A stretch of 63,907 nucleotides of DNA, filler included, from Thraustochytrium aureum (Eukaryota): NCBI GenBank assembly GCA_012862495.1. It is 5 parts of 3 records of this genome, joined end to end, with 100 filler letters (N's around TTAATTAATTAA, not from the genome) between each part and the next. Parts side by side here need not be neighbours in the genome. Positions count along the whole stretch, not along the records: positions 29,804 to 56,385 come from BLSG01000086.1; positions 56,486 to 61,426 come from BLSG01000088.1; 3 more parts are not named here. One strand, written 5' to 3'. Of this stretch, positions 47,749-58,091 are shown piece after piece. The position numbers were made by a program, and so were the translations under genes. Each line of letters opens with the position of its first letter. Positions within the stretch are counted from its first letter, which is position 1. A model generated the notes under the pieces. That model was not told where the DNA came from. It made no database searches and saw nothing but the letters and a program-made list of their open reading frames with translations.

Positions 47749-48249
47749 ATGCCCAGCATCGGCGAATGCTTCGATGACCTGGACATGGACGATAGACTGC
47801 GCGTGAGAGCGTTCTCCTGGTCGGCTGGGCTGGTCTTTGCGCTGGGGTGGTGGATTTTCATCGACGCAGAGGCGCAGAATGGGTATCTCGATGACCCGCT
47901 GCCGATCAAGGCGCAGCTGGTGCTGCTCCCGATCGGTACAACGATTTCGTTCCTGGTGGTTGCCCTAATGGACTGGAGCAGCCTGAACGCGGACGAGTAC
48001 ACGCACCACGGAGGAAGAATGGTCGCGTACCAGAGCCGCGGACTGCTTGCTTTTGCGGTCCTCATGGCGCTTGCATGCATCATCATATCAATCTTGGTGC
48101 TCTCGAACGTATACGCAGAGCACAAGGGGATCAAGGGGCAAATACCTGATAGCGTCTACCCGGGTGTGGCGATATTTTTGTGCTGTTTTTTTGTCACCAT
48201 CTCGGCGGTGCTGATGCGGCTGGGGCGCGTGTCGGACGAGTTTTTCTGA
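47749..48249 (+). CDS. TMEM50/Vps68 (UPF0220) four-TM endosomal membrane protein
   Basis: AGLVFALGWWIFIDA, four hydrophobic segments, VYPGVAIF; 166 aa. Confidence 0.82.
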   Translation: MPSIGECFDDLDMDDRLRVRAFSWSAGLVFALGWWIFIDAEAQNGYLDDPLPIKAQLVLLPIGTTISFLVVALMDWSSLNADEYTHHGGRMVAYQSRGLLAFAVLMALACIIISILVLSNVYAEHKGIKGQIPDSVYPGVAIFLCCFFVTISAVLMRLGRVSDEFF

Positions 48250-49032
48250 ACGGACGAGCTGCTCTGCCCCCCCGGTCACCGCGGAGACCTCCATCGCACG
48301 TCTTTGGCGCAGGCGCCTTCGACTCGAGAAACGAGCCAAGATGCGAGTTGGAAGTCCAGCCGAACGGACGTGCTTCACCCCAGCGCCCTTGGAAACGGGC
48401 CGGTGTTTCGAAATCGAACGGAGACGGGGAACGGGACAGGATCCTGTGGCCGCCAGCGCGGTGAATGCCGTTGCCTGAGCGTCGAGGGCGCATTTCTTGA
48501 TCAAGAAGCGTATGTAAAGCGNNNNNNNNNNNNNNNNNNNNNNNNNNNNNNNNNNNNNNNNNNNNNNNNNNNNNNNNNNNNNNNNNNNNNNNNNNNNNNN
48601 NNNNNNNNNNNNNNNNNNNNNNNNNNNNNNNNNNNNNNNNNNNNNNNNNNNNNNNNNNNNNNNNNNNNNNNNNNNNNNNNNNNNNNNNNNNNNNNNNNNN
48701 NNNNNNNNNNNNNNNNNNNNNNNNNNNNNNNNNNNNNNNNNNNNNNNNNNNNNNNNNNNNNNNNNNNNNNNNNNNNNNNNNNNNNNNNNNNNNNNNNNNN
48801 NNNNNNNNNNNNNNNNNNNNNNNNNNNNNNNNNNNNNNNNNNNNNNNNNNNNNNNNNNNNNNNNNNNNNNNNNNNNNNNNNNNNNNNNNNNNNNNNNNNN
48901 NNNNNNNNNNNNNNNNNNNNNNNNNNNNNNNNNNNNNNNNGTCTGTCGTTCCGAGGGGTGCGGAGCGCTTTTTGTTGCTACATCAATCTGCCATTCCGCG
49001 GGGTCGTTCCGAGGGGTGCGGAGAACTGACCT

Positions 49033-52000
49033 CTACGTGGTCGCTTCGGCCGCCGCGTCTGGCCGGGCCTGAGATTGGCTTGTTCGCGAAACTCGCCATT
49101 GGCAAAGCACCCGGTCAGGACCACCCACCGTGAAAATTCGCGCCCTGTCCACGCTGAAGCGAGCGTTCGCCACGTGCGAGACATGCGCTCGTCGACGCAG
49201 CGCCTGCGCCCCCTTGGTTATCGCCGGGTAGCTGAATAAGTTGAGGTTGCCACGCATGTCTGCCGCAGCCACCAATCCGACGTCCTCGGCCGCGTCACAG
49301 GAGTTGTAGTTGGTCTCGTCCGTGACCTCGGGCCAGATGCCCTGTACGGACCACGCAAGCACACACGTGGTCGTGGCCCAGCGCACATCCTTGAGCATCG
49401 AGGGCGAGTTTATCACCGAGCCATCTTCACACTTGTGGAACAGCAGGTCGAACCCGCCGCAGTTGGAGCGAATGTACTCCGAATCGTCGCTAAAGTCGAT
49501 GTGCGTCACGAAGCTATTGTGACCCTCGCACTTGGCACGGAGCTCAAAGTTGCGAGAGACGTCGTAGAGGTAGATCTTGCTGTCCTGCGAAGCGATCGCT
49601 AGCGTTTCCCCGTCGGGCGAGAACTTTGCGTCCGCGATCCACTCTTTCGAGTCGCGGGTCTCGTGCACCAGCTCGAGCGTGTTGCCGTTCAGCACCATCA
49701 GCACGCCGTCTTTCTTCTGTCGGCCTCGGCCCACCGAGCCGCCGAGGCCTACGCCGAGCGCCGAGCCGTCTGGGGGACCAGGCCACGGCGCGAGTCATGC
49801 AACCCACGTTCGACTCGGCGATCATGCGGCGCTTGGCCGAGTCCCAGAGGCGCACAGTCTGGTCGTCGCCAGCCGTGACGAAGAGGTCCGGGTCCGTGGG
49901 GTGCGCTGCGAGGCCGTGGAGCTCGTCCATGGCGTGGCCTTGCGTGAGCAGCACGACTGACTGGTTGTCCTTTGTGAGCTCGTAGATCTCGCTCCCTTGC
50001 GTGCCGACGAGCAGGACCCCTCTCGCAGCATCCCAGGCCACCGACCGCACAGGCGGACGATGCGGGGTCGGGATCACCTCGGTCATGTCAAAGCTGCAGA
50101 GGGGACCGAGCTTGTTGTCCCAGAGCTTGACCACGCCGTCCTTGCTGCCGGTGATGACGCCCAGGTGCGTTGCCTGGATGCTGTTCACAGATCGCTGGTG
50201 GCCCACGACGCTCTTGATCACCTCCCTGCCCGACCAAATGTAGAGATGCCCCGTTACGGCCCCCGTTACAACGCGGGCCGTAGCAGCGGCCGCCCCGGCC
50301 GCGGCAGACCCGTCCATGTCAGCTGGAGCGTCGGCGGCGGCTCCGCTCCCCGAGCCCAAGGCGGCCGCGCAAAGGAGCGGCTGCACCTTGCCCTTGCGCC
50401 CAAACAGACCACGGTTTGGTGTCAGCGACTTGCCTTGCAGGTCCCAAAAGGTCATGTGGTTGACACCGCCCGTGGCGAGTTGGCTCGGCCCATAGAAGAG
50501 CGCAAACAGGACCTTGTCCTGCCCCCCCATCGCCGTAGCCTGAAGGCGAGCGTCTGCCCAAGTCCCGGAGTCCGATCGCCAGATCGCCAGCGTGTGGTTG
50601 ACGTCCTCCCCAACAGACACGAGACGAGTGCCGTCAGAGCTAAAGCAGACCTGCGACGCAGCGTTCTCGTGAAACGCGGGCAGCTTGACGACGCCCGCGC
50701 CAGTCATAGCATTCCAAACATGGACGCGAACGCGGTTGCCACGCCGCTGCCGCGACCCGCTGGACCCCTCCCCTGTGGCGACAAACTTTCCGCCAGGGTG
50801 CATGGCGAGCGAGATGATTGGGCGCCCGTCATGCCCGAGGTAAAAGGTCTGCGCATGCTTGGGTTTGTCGTAAATGATGCCAACCGCCGCCGCAAAGTAG
50901 ACCACTTGGCCGACGCAGTTGTACCGCACATTGTTGCGCACGTCGTCCGACCGGTACCCGTAGACAAACTCGAGCTCTACGTCGACAGNNNNNNNNNNNN
51001 NNNNNNNNNNNNNNNNNNNNNNNNNNNNNNNNNNNNNNNNNNNNNNNNNNNNNNNNNNNNNNNNNNNNNNNNNNNNNNNNNNNNNNNNNNNNNNNNNNNN
51101 NNNNNNNNNNNNNNNNNNNNNNNNNNNNNNNNNNNNNNNNNNNNNNNNNNNNNNNNNNNNNNNNNNNNNNNNNNNNNNNNNNNNNNNNNNNNNNNNNNNN
51201 NNNNNNNNNNNNNNNNNNNNCGACGTCGTCTTCGCCAAGTTCGACGCGCCACTGGAAAACGCAGCGGTCGTCACCGCCCACGGATATGGCATGCGCGTCA
51301 TCTGCGGTGAAGCGGACATTGCGCACCCCGCCAGTGTGGCCGCGAAAGGTCTTCTTGCCTGCTGCTGGGTGCGTACAGGGGTATCGGCGCAGTTCGACGC
51401 GGCCGAACTGGTCGGCACTTGCGAGGAGCTGGCCGGCGTGGTTGCGGTGCACCGCGTATATCGTGGCGCTCGCTGGCCCCGAGTGGTCTGCATCGTGAAT
51501 TCCCTTCACTGGCCAGCCCAGAGGGCAGGTCCACGTGGCCCACTGCACGTCCTTGAGCGTGGAAACGGCCGGAATATTGGTGCCCGAGTTCGCGTCGCAG
51601 TACATGAGCTCGTACGCGCCGCAATTGGTTTGCACGAATTGGCCGTCCACGGACACGTCGAGGTGGGTGATAAAGCTGTTGTGTCCCTCGAAGACGCCCT
51701 TGAGCGAGTAGCCCCCGCCAACGTCGTACAGATAGACCGAATTGTCAAAGGAGCCCACCGCGACTGTGGCCCCGTCCGCAGAAAACTTGATGTCGGTGAT
51801 CCACTGCTTGGAGTTTCGCCCTTCGTGGAGCATCGCAAGGTCTTTTTCGTTGAGGATGATGAACGAGCCGTCTTTCTTCTGGCGGCCGCGCCCGATGCGA
51901 GCCCCGAGCCCCACGGCGAGCTTGGTGCCGTCAGGCGAGTAGGCGACAGCTCGGGCGCTCGTGTCTAGCTTGAGCGACCGAAGCTGGCGGCGCGTCGCCA

Positions 52001-55000
52001 CGTCCCAAATCCGCACCGTCTGGTCGTCGCCCACTGTGCAGTACTCGGCCCGGCTCGGATGCACCGCGAGGCCCCAAAGCTCGTACTTTGCGTGCCCGCG
52101 CACAAGCGGGACGTCCCCGTTGAGGTCGGAGCCGTCCGAGGCACTGATCTCGACGACTTGGGCGTCGCGAGTGGCAACAGCGATTCTGTTCTGGTCTGGG
52201 TCCCAGCAAACGCTCCGGATGCTGATGGCGCTGGCGTTGCCGACGTCAAACTGCGCCTTGCACTCGAGCCCGGTGGTCCACAGTTTGACCCAGCCGTCCT
52301 TGCCCCCTGAGACGAGCCCTTCGGAGCAAGAGTGCAGCGCGTGCACGCTCTTCTCGTGGCCCTTGACCGATTGCTGCAGCACGCGACCGTCGAACGCGTA
52401 AAGGTGGCCGTCAGCCGTACCCAGAACGGCGCGGTTGCCCGCCCAGCCGACGCAGTACATGGCCTGCATCTTCCCCTTCTTGCCAAGGAGGCCTTTGCGC
52501 GTGACGACGTTCCGGCCAGCAATGTCGTGGAACTTGATGTGGTTTATGCCACACTGGACGATCACGGTGCCGCTCGGATTGAAGTCGACGTCGAGAACTT
52601 TGTCGGCGCCCCCGTTGCATTGGGTCGAGATAATGCCGTTGCGCCAGTCGTAGACGGCGATGCGGTGCTCCTCGTCGAGTCCAGCGGTGACGATCGAATC
52701 CCCGTCTCGGGAGAACTTTAGGGCTGGGACTCCGCGGCGGTGAAAACCGCTCAGAGTGCGAACAGCCTCCATCGTATCCACATTCCAGACGACCACCTTG
52801 GGGACGCGGCCGAGCTGGCTCGTTGCAGCAAGGTGTCCCTCGGGGTGGATGGCCACCGCGACAACTTGGTCCGAGTGGTCGGTGAAGAAACGCTGCACGC
52901 CGCTCCCTTGTTTGTTGAGGACCACGCCAAGGTTGGCGGCGGGGTAGACGATCTCGCCGTTCGGCAGATAGTGCACCGAACCACGCGAAACTTGGGCGTT
53001 GTAGCCGTGCACCCACTCGAGACTGAGCCCCTCCTCGCACGCATTGTGATTTTCCTTGGGTGGCTGCGAGGGAGGGACCACGAGCCGAGTCCATGGCCGG
53101 TCGGGCTGGCCGGCGCCGCCCGACTCGCTGGGCCCAGCTTCCCCGTTTGCGGCTGCGCCAGCCGTCTCGCCTTCGGCCTCCTCGTCCGTGTCATCCAGGT
53201 ACTGGACTTCAATGGGGGCGACGGCGGCGGCGGCGGCGGCTGGCTGCGGCGCTACGGCTGCTGCTGCCTGCGCCGGTTCGTTGGCGCGTTCGAGCGCCTC
53301 CTCGCGGTCGAGCTCGGGACCATCCGCAAAGTCGGCCTCGTCCTCNNNNNNNNNNNNNNNNNNNNNNNNNNNNNNNNNNNNNNNNNNNNNNNNNNNNNNN
53401 NNNNNNNNNNNNNNNNNNNNNNNNNNNNNNNNNNNNNNNNNNNNNNNNNNNNNNNNNNNNNNNNNNNNNNNNNNNNNNNNNNNNNNNNNNNNNNNNNNNN
53501 NNNNNNNNNNNNNNNNNNNNNNNNNNNNNNNNNNNNNNNNNNNNNNNNNNNNNNNNNNNNNNNNNNNNNNNNNNNNNNNNNNNNNNNNNNNNNNNNNNNN
53601 NNNNNNNNNNNNNNNNNNNNNNNNNNNNNNNNNNNNNNNNNNNNNNNNNNNNNNNNNNNNNNNNNNNNNNNNNNNNNNNNNNNNNNNNNNNNNNNNNNNN
53701 NNNNNNNNNNNNNNNNNNNNNNNNNNNNNNNNNNNNNNNNNNNNNNNNNNNNNNNNNNNNNNNNNNNNNNNNNNNNNNNNNNNNNNNNNNNNNNNNNNNN
53801 NNNNNNNNNNNNNNNNNNNNNNNNNNNNNNNNNNNNNNNNNNNNNNNNNNNNNNNNNNNNNNNNNNNNNNNNNNNNNNNNNNNNNNNNNNNNNNNNNNNN
53901 NNNNNNNNNNNNNNNNNNNNNNNNNNNNNNNNNNNNNNNNNNNNNNNNNNNNNNNNNNNNNNNNNNNNNNNNNNNNNNNNNNNNNNNNNNNNNNNNNNNN
54001 NNNNNNNNNNNNNNNNNNNNNNNNNNNNNNNNNNNNNNNNNNNNNNNNNNNNNNNNNNNNNNNNNNNNNNNNNNNNNNNNNNNNNNNCGCCGGGCGAAGG
54101 CTGCCAAGGCCGCCGACGTCAAAGATAGCGCCCTTGCTCGAGGTTGAGCGACCAGAGACGCACTTTGCCGTCCTCCCCGCCGGAGAGCATCCCAAGCGCG
54201 GGGTCAAAGTAGAGCGCTGTCACAGCCGCGTCGTGCGCCTTGATTGTGCGCTGAAGGTTGCGGTTCGTGTCCCACACATAAAGATGGCCGCTGAGGGCGC
54301 CGGAAACGACGCGATTGTTTTTGGGGTGGCACGCTGCGCAGAGCATCGACTGTGGCGCGCCGATCTTGCCGAAAACGCCCTTCTTGGGCCGACGGTTCCC
54401 GTCCTGGTTCCAAAAGAGAATGTGGTCCTCGCCGCAGGTCACAAAGGCCGGCGCCCCGCCCGCGGCGGCAGCTCGCCCTTCTTTGGCGGGCCACCGGAAG
54501 CAGGCGTCGAGCACAGTCTGTCGGGTTGACCGGGCGGCAAACACGAGCTGGCGATCGGCCCAGTTGTACAAGGCCACGGTGTGCTCTGGGTCTTGGCCGA
54601 CCGAAATTAGCCAGCGGCCGTCCGGCGGCGAGAAAGCCAGACTGGAGACTCCGACGCGGTGCACGCCGCGAAGGGTGACGGCGAGCTTTGAAGTGGAAGA
54701 GTCCCAAATGTGGATTTTGGGCGGATTGCCCCGCTCACCAGTCGCCACCAGGTTGCCTGCGGGGTGCAAAGCCACGGCAAGGATGTCGTCTGTGTGGTCG
54801 AGGTTGAAGCGCTGCTCGTGCGCGTCTGGCGAGTAAACCACGCCGACGCTTGCCGCCGAGTAGACAATCTCACCAGCGGCCGTGTAGCGCAGGTTGTTTC
54901 GCGCATGCTGCGCCGCGTACCCGTGCACCCAGTCCAGCACGAGCGTGTTTTCGTCCGGTGGCAGAGCGTTTGGCGCTGGCGCAGCGGTTGGGACAGTCAT

Positions 55001-55846
55001 TCCCGCGACCTCAACCCACGGGCGAGCGACGCTCGCTTGTGCAGCGAGCTCCTCGGGGGTTGGTCTTGGATACGCGGCGCAGTCTGGGTCTCGCGCGCGG
55101 CCCTCGCGCGCGGGCCGCTGGACGACGGTGGCTTCCTCATAGAGCGCCTCCTCCAGCGACACGTTGGCTGCGTAGATGTCCCTTGCTGAGGCCTTGCGCT
55201 TGGCTTCCGCGCCAAGGCCTGCGGCGGAGAGGAACTGCTCCTCGGCGCTGTAGTCTGGCGCCTCGTCGTAAAAGTCGCACCAGGCGATCACCTCTGGGGT
55301 CGTGAGGCAGTAGTTGATAAACTCGTCGCAGGTGATGCGCACATCGTGCTGCTTGCCGGTGCGCCGAAAGGCCTCTTGGGCCACCTGCTCCACCTTGCTC
55401 TCTTCCGGGACGCGCGTCTCCGCGCTCAGCTTGCAGAGCCCAGTAGCGCACGACTTGAGCAGCAAGGTGAGCTCGTCCACGGTGATCTCCCCGCTTTCGT
55501 CAAAGTCGTAGCACATGAAGCAAAACTTGGCCTTGTCCGCGAGCTCCATCCCAGAGAGCATGCAAAGCGCCACCAAGACTTCCAGCGAGTCGACCAGGTT
55601 GTTCTGGTCCGTGTCGAGCGTCTTGAACACGGCCTCCACCGCGGCCAAGATCAGCTGCTTTGGGGCATGCGCAAACGTGGTCGGCTGCAGCGCGCTCACA
55701 ATCTCCACGAGCTCATCCACGTTGATCCCAAACCCCTCTGCCACATCATTGAACGACTCCCACAGCAGGAACACGGCTGCCTGGTCCAGGTTGACGAACG
55801 GCTTGGCCGCTTCGCGCAGCCGCGCTTTGCCAAGCAGCTGGCCCAT
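49033..55846 (-). CDS. EML5/6-type echinoderm microtubule-associated protein-like with three HELP-WD40 (TAPE) units and an N-terminal EF-hand domain; gaps and frameshifts
   Basis: Three HELP motifs (LDWVHGY..QHARNNLRY, LEWVHGY..VSRGSVHY, LEFVYGYRSDDVRNNVRY). WATWTCPLGWPVKGI and WATTTCVLAWSVQGIW. EF-hands DTDQNNLVDSLE and DFDESGEITVDE. Start MGQLLGKA. Confidence 0.92.
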
Positions 55847-56070
55847 CGCGCCAAAGCCCCAGCCCACGAGCCGACCCTACGCCCACAACAAAAGCAAAGC
55901 AGCACAGCGAAACTGCCGCGCCAGTCGCCCTGTCGCTGCCCTGAGACCCGCGCGACGGCTTCCGTTCTGCTCTGCCAACGCCCAAATCGGACGCACGGAT
56001 CCACCAAGTCCACAAATACCCGACTAACCCTGCCAGAATCTCGCCCAACGGTCGGAGTCCCGAACAGCAC

Positions 56071-56336
56071 GAGCTTCGTCGCAAGCAAGGAACAGAGAGA
56101 GCTTCGTCACAAAAAGGAGCAGAGAGAGCTTCGTCAAAAGCAAGGAACAGAGAGAGCTTCCTCGAAAGCAAGGAGCAGAGAGAGCTTCCTCGAAAGCAAG
56201 GAACAGAGAGAGCTTCCTCGCAAGCAAGGAACAGAAAGTGCTTCCTCGAAAGCAAGGAACAGAGAGAGCTTCCTCGAAAGCAAGGAACAGAGAGAGCTTC
56301 GTCGAAAGCAAGGAGCAGAGAGAGCTTCGTCGAAAG
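56071..56336. repeat. 28-bp minisatellite GAGCTTC(C/G)TCGAAAGCAAGGA(A/G)CAGAGA x~9.5
   Basis: Contiguous units start at 56071, 56099, 56126, 56154, 56182, 56210, 56238, 56266, 56294 and 56322; there are no spacers. Confidence 0.95.
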
Positions 56337-56429
56337 GAGGACAAGTTGGAGACGATCGCTCGCACGCACGTGAGTGATCGGTGAGNNNNNNNNNNNNNNN
56401 NNNNNNNNNNNNNNNNNNNNNNNNNNNNN

Positions 56430-56441
56430 TTAATTAATTAA
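56430..56441. other. Artificial linker TTAATTAATTAA
   Basis: Same N-flanked linker as at 29748. Confidence 0.97.
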
Positions 56442-57220
56442 NNNNNNNNNNNNNNNNNNNNNNNNNNNNNNNNNNNNNNNNNNNNCGGGAAGAAGTTGCG
56501 CCCGCGCCGCTCCTGCGGCTGCAGCTTTGCGCGGAGCCCGAGTCCCCGTGTGAACAAGTCAAACGTATTGCGCACGGTTTCCTTCCCGTCGCACCACACC
56601 AGCACGCGGGCCACGCGCGGCGCGCTGGCGGTCATCTTGCGCCGCACCTGCTGCGTGACGCAAGCCAATTGAAGCTCACGTCGAGACCCGAGCTGGATGG
56701 ACGGACGGGTGCAGAGCGACCCGGTGCGACCGCGAGGCGAGCAGCGCGCGACGCGCCGAATCCTGCGCGTTCGCCTGCTCGCCAGAGCGCCTGTTTCCAG
56801 CCGCAGCGCTCGCTGCGAGTTGTTTCAGTGGAAGTAGTTGGGCTTCTGCGACTCGCAACGCACAACTCGCTCGACGCGTTCAAAAAAGACTGACGCTCAG
56901 CGGTCGGCCGCCAGTCCGTGCTCCGTGCGCTTGAGCATGGGTGCCGGTCGCGCTGGCATTTCGATGCAAGGAGCGCAGCTGGCCTGTCCAAGTGGTGCCG
57001 AGAGGCCAACCAGAGTTGTTGTCTGCTGCAGGGGTTGCGCCACAAGCAGCAATGCAGTCAGTCTCCCATTCTAAACTGCAATGCGCGCACGCCCCGCGTT
57101 CTCTTTGCCCAGGCCGCCCTGTCCGCACGAGCTGCGATCGTCAGCAGCAATGCAACTCGAGAATCGAGCAGAGCTCATGAGGCCGGCCTAAAATCGCCCG
57201 GCCGAGCCACCCGCATCCAC

Positions 57221-57858
57221 GGCCGCAGAAGAGCAAACATGCACGCCAGCATTCAGGCAGGCGTGCGCGAGAAGCGACCGCGAGCGCCGCCATCGAGCAC
57301 GTCCCGGAAGTCCAGTCGCGAGTGCGACAGCTGACGGACTTGCACCTCGACGCCATGGCCAAACACCTCCCTCCCATGGCCGCAGAAGAGCAAACATGCA
57401 CGCCAGCATTCAGGCAGGCGTGCGCGAGCAGCGACCGCGAGCGCCGCCATCGAGCACGGCCCGGAAGTCCAGTCGCGAGTGCGACAGCTGACGGACTTGC
57501 ACCTCGCCGCGAGGCCAAACACCTCCCCGCCATGGCCCGGCCGCGCAGCCCACATCCCCGGCCGCAGAGGAGCAACCATGCATGCAAACATGCACGCCAG
57601 CATTCAGGCAGGCGTGCGCGAGCAGCGATCGCGAGCGCCGCCATCGAGCACGGCCCGCGAGTCCAGTCGCGAGTGCGACAGCTGACGGACTTGCACCTCG
57701 CCGCGAGGCCAAACACCTCCCTCCCATGGCCCGGCCGCGCAGCCCACATCCCCGGCCGCAGAGGAGCAACCATGCATGCAAACATGCACGCCAGCATCCA
57801 GGCAGGCGTGCGCGAGCAGCGACCGCGAGCGCCGCCATCGAGCACGGCCCGCAAGTCC
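57221..57858. repeat. Long-unit tandem repeat, ~3.5 copies of 157-194 bp
   Basis: Units begin GGCCGCAGA(A/G)GAGCA at about 57221, 57378, 57560 and 57754, and share ATGCACGCCAGCAT..AGGCAGGCGTGCGCGAG...AGTCCAGTCGCGAGTGCGACAGCTGACGGACTTGCACCTCG. Confidence 0.92.
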
Positions 57859-58091
57859 TGTCGGAGATAATCGGTGTCCTCGCGCACTTTGATGGAACGA
57901 ACACGAGGAGCGCGCAGAGCCGCAACGAGCGAAGACGCAGAGCCCGGCCGCGGCCCTCCTTCGCTGCGCCTGCGCCTGCGCTCCGGTGCGTTAATCTGTG
58001 CGTTCATCGGTGCGTTCATTGGGGGGTTTGGCGGTGCGTTTAGCGGTAGGTCCAGGGCCTTTGCCCGCCCGCGGTAGACAGGCGTGCCGCG

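Noticed and set aside
56071..56336. 28-bp repeats as a CRISPR array
   Set aside because: Units are contiguous with no spacers, there are no cas genes, and the context is eukaryotic.
56486..56635. Possible 5' end of a minus-strand gene (MTASAPRVARVLVWCDG...)
   Set aside because: Truncated by the linker after ~50 codons, with no family assignable.
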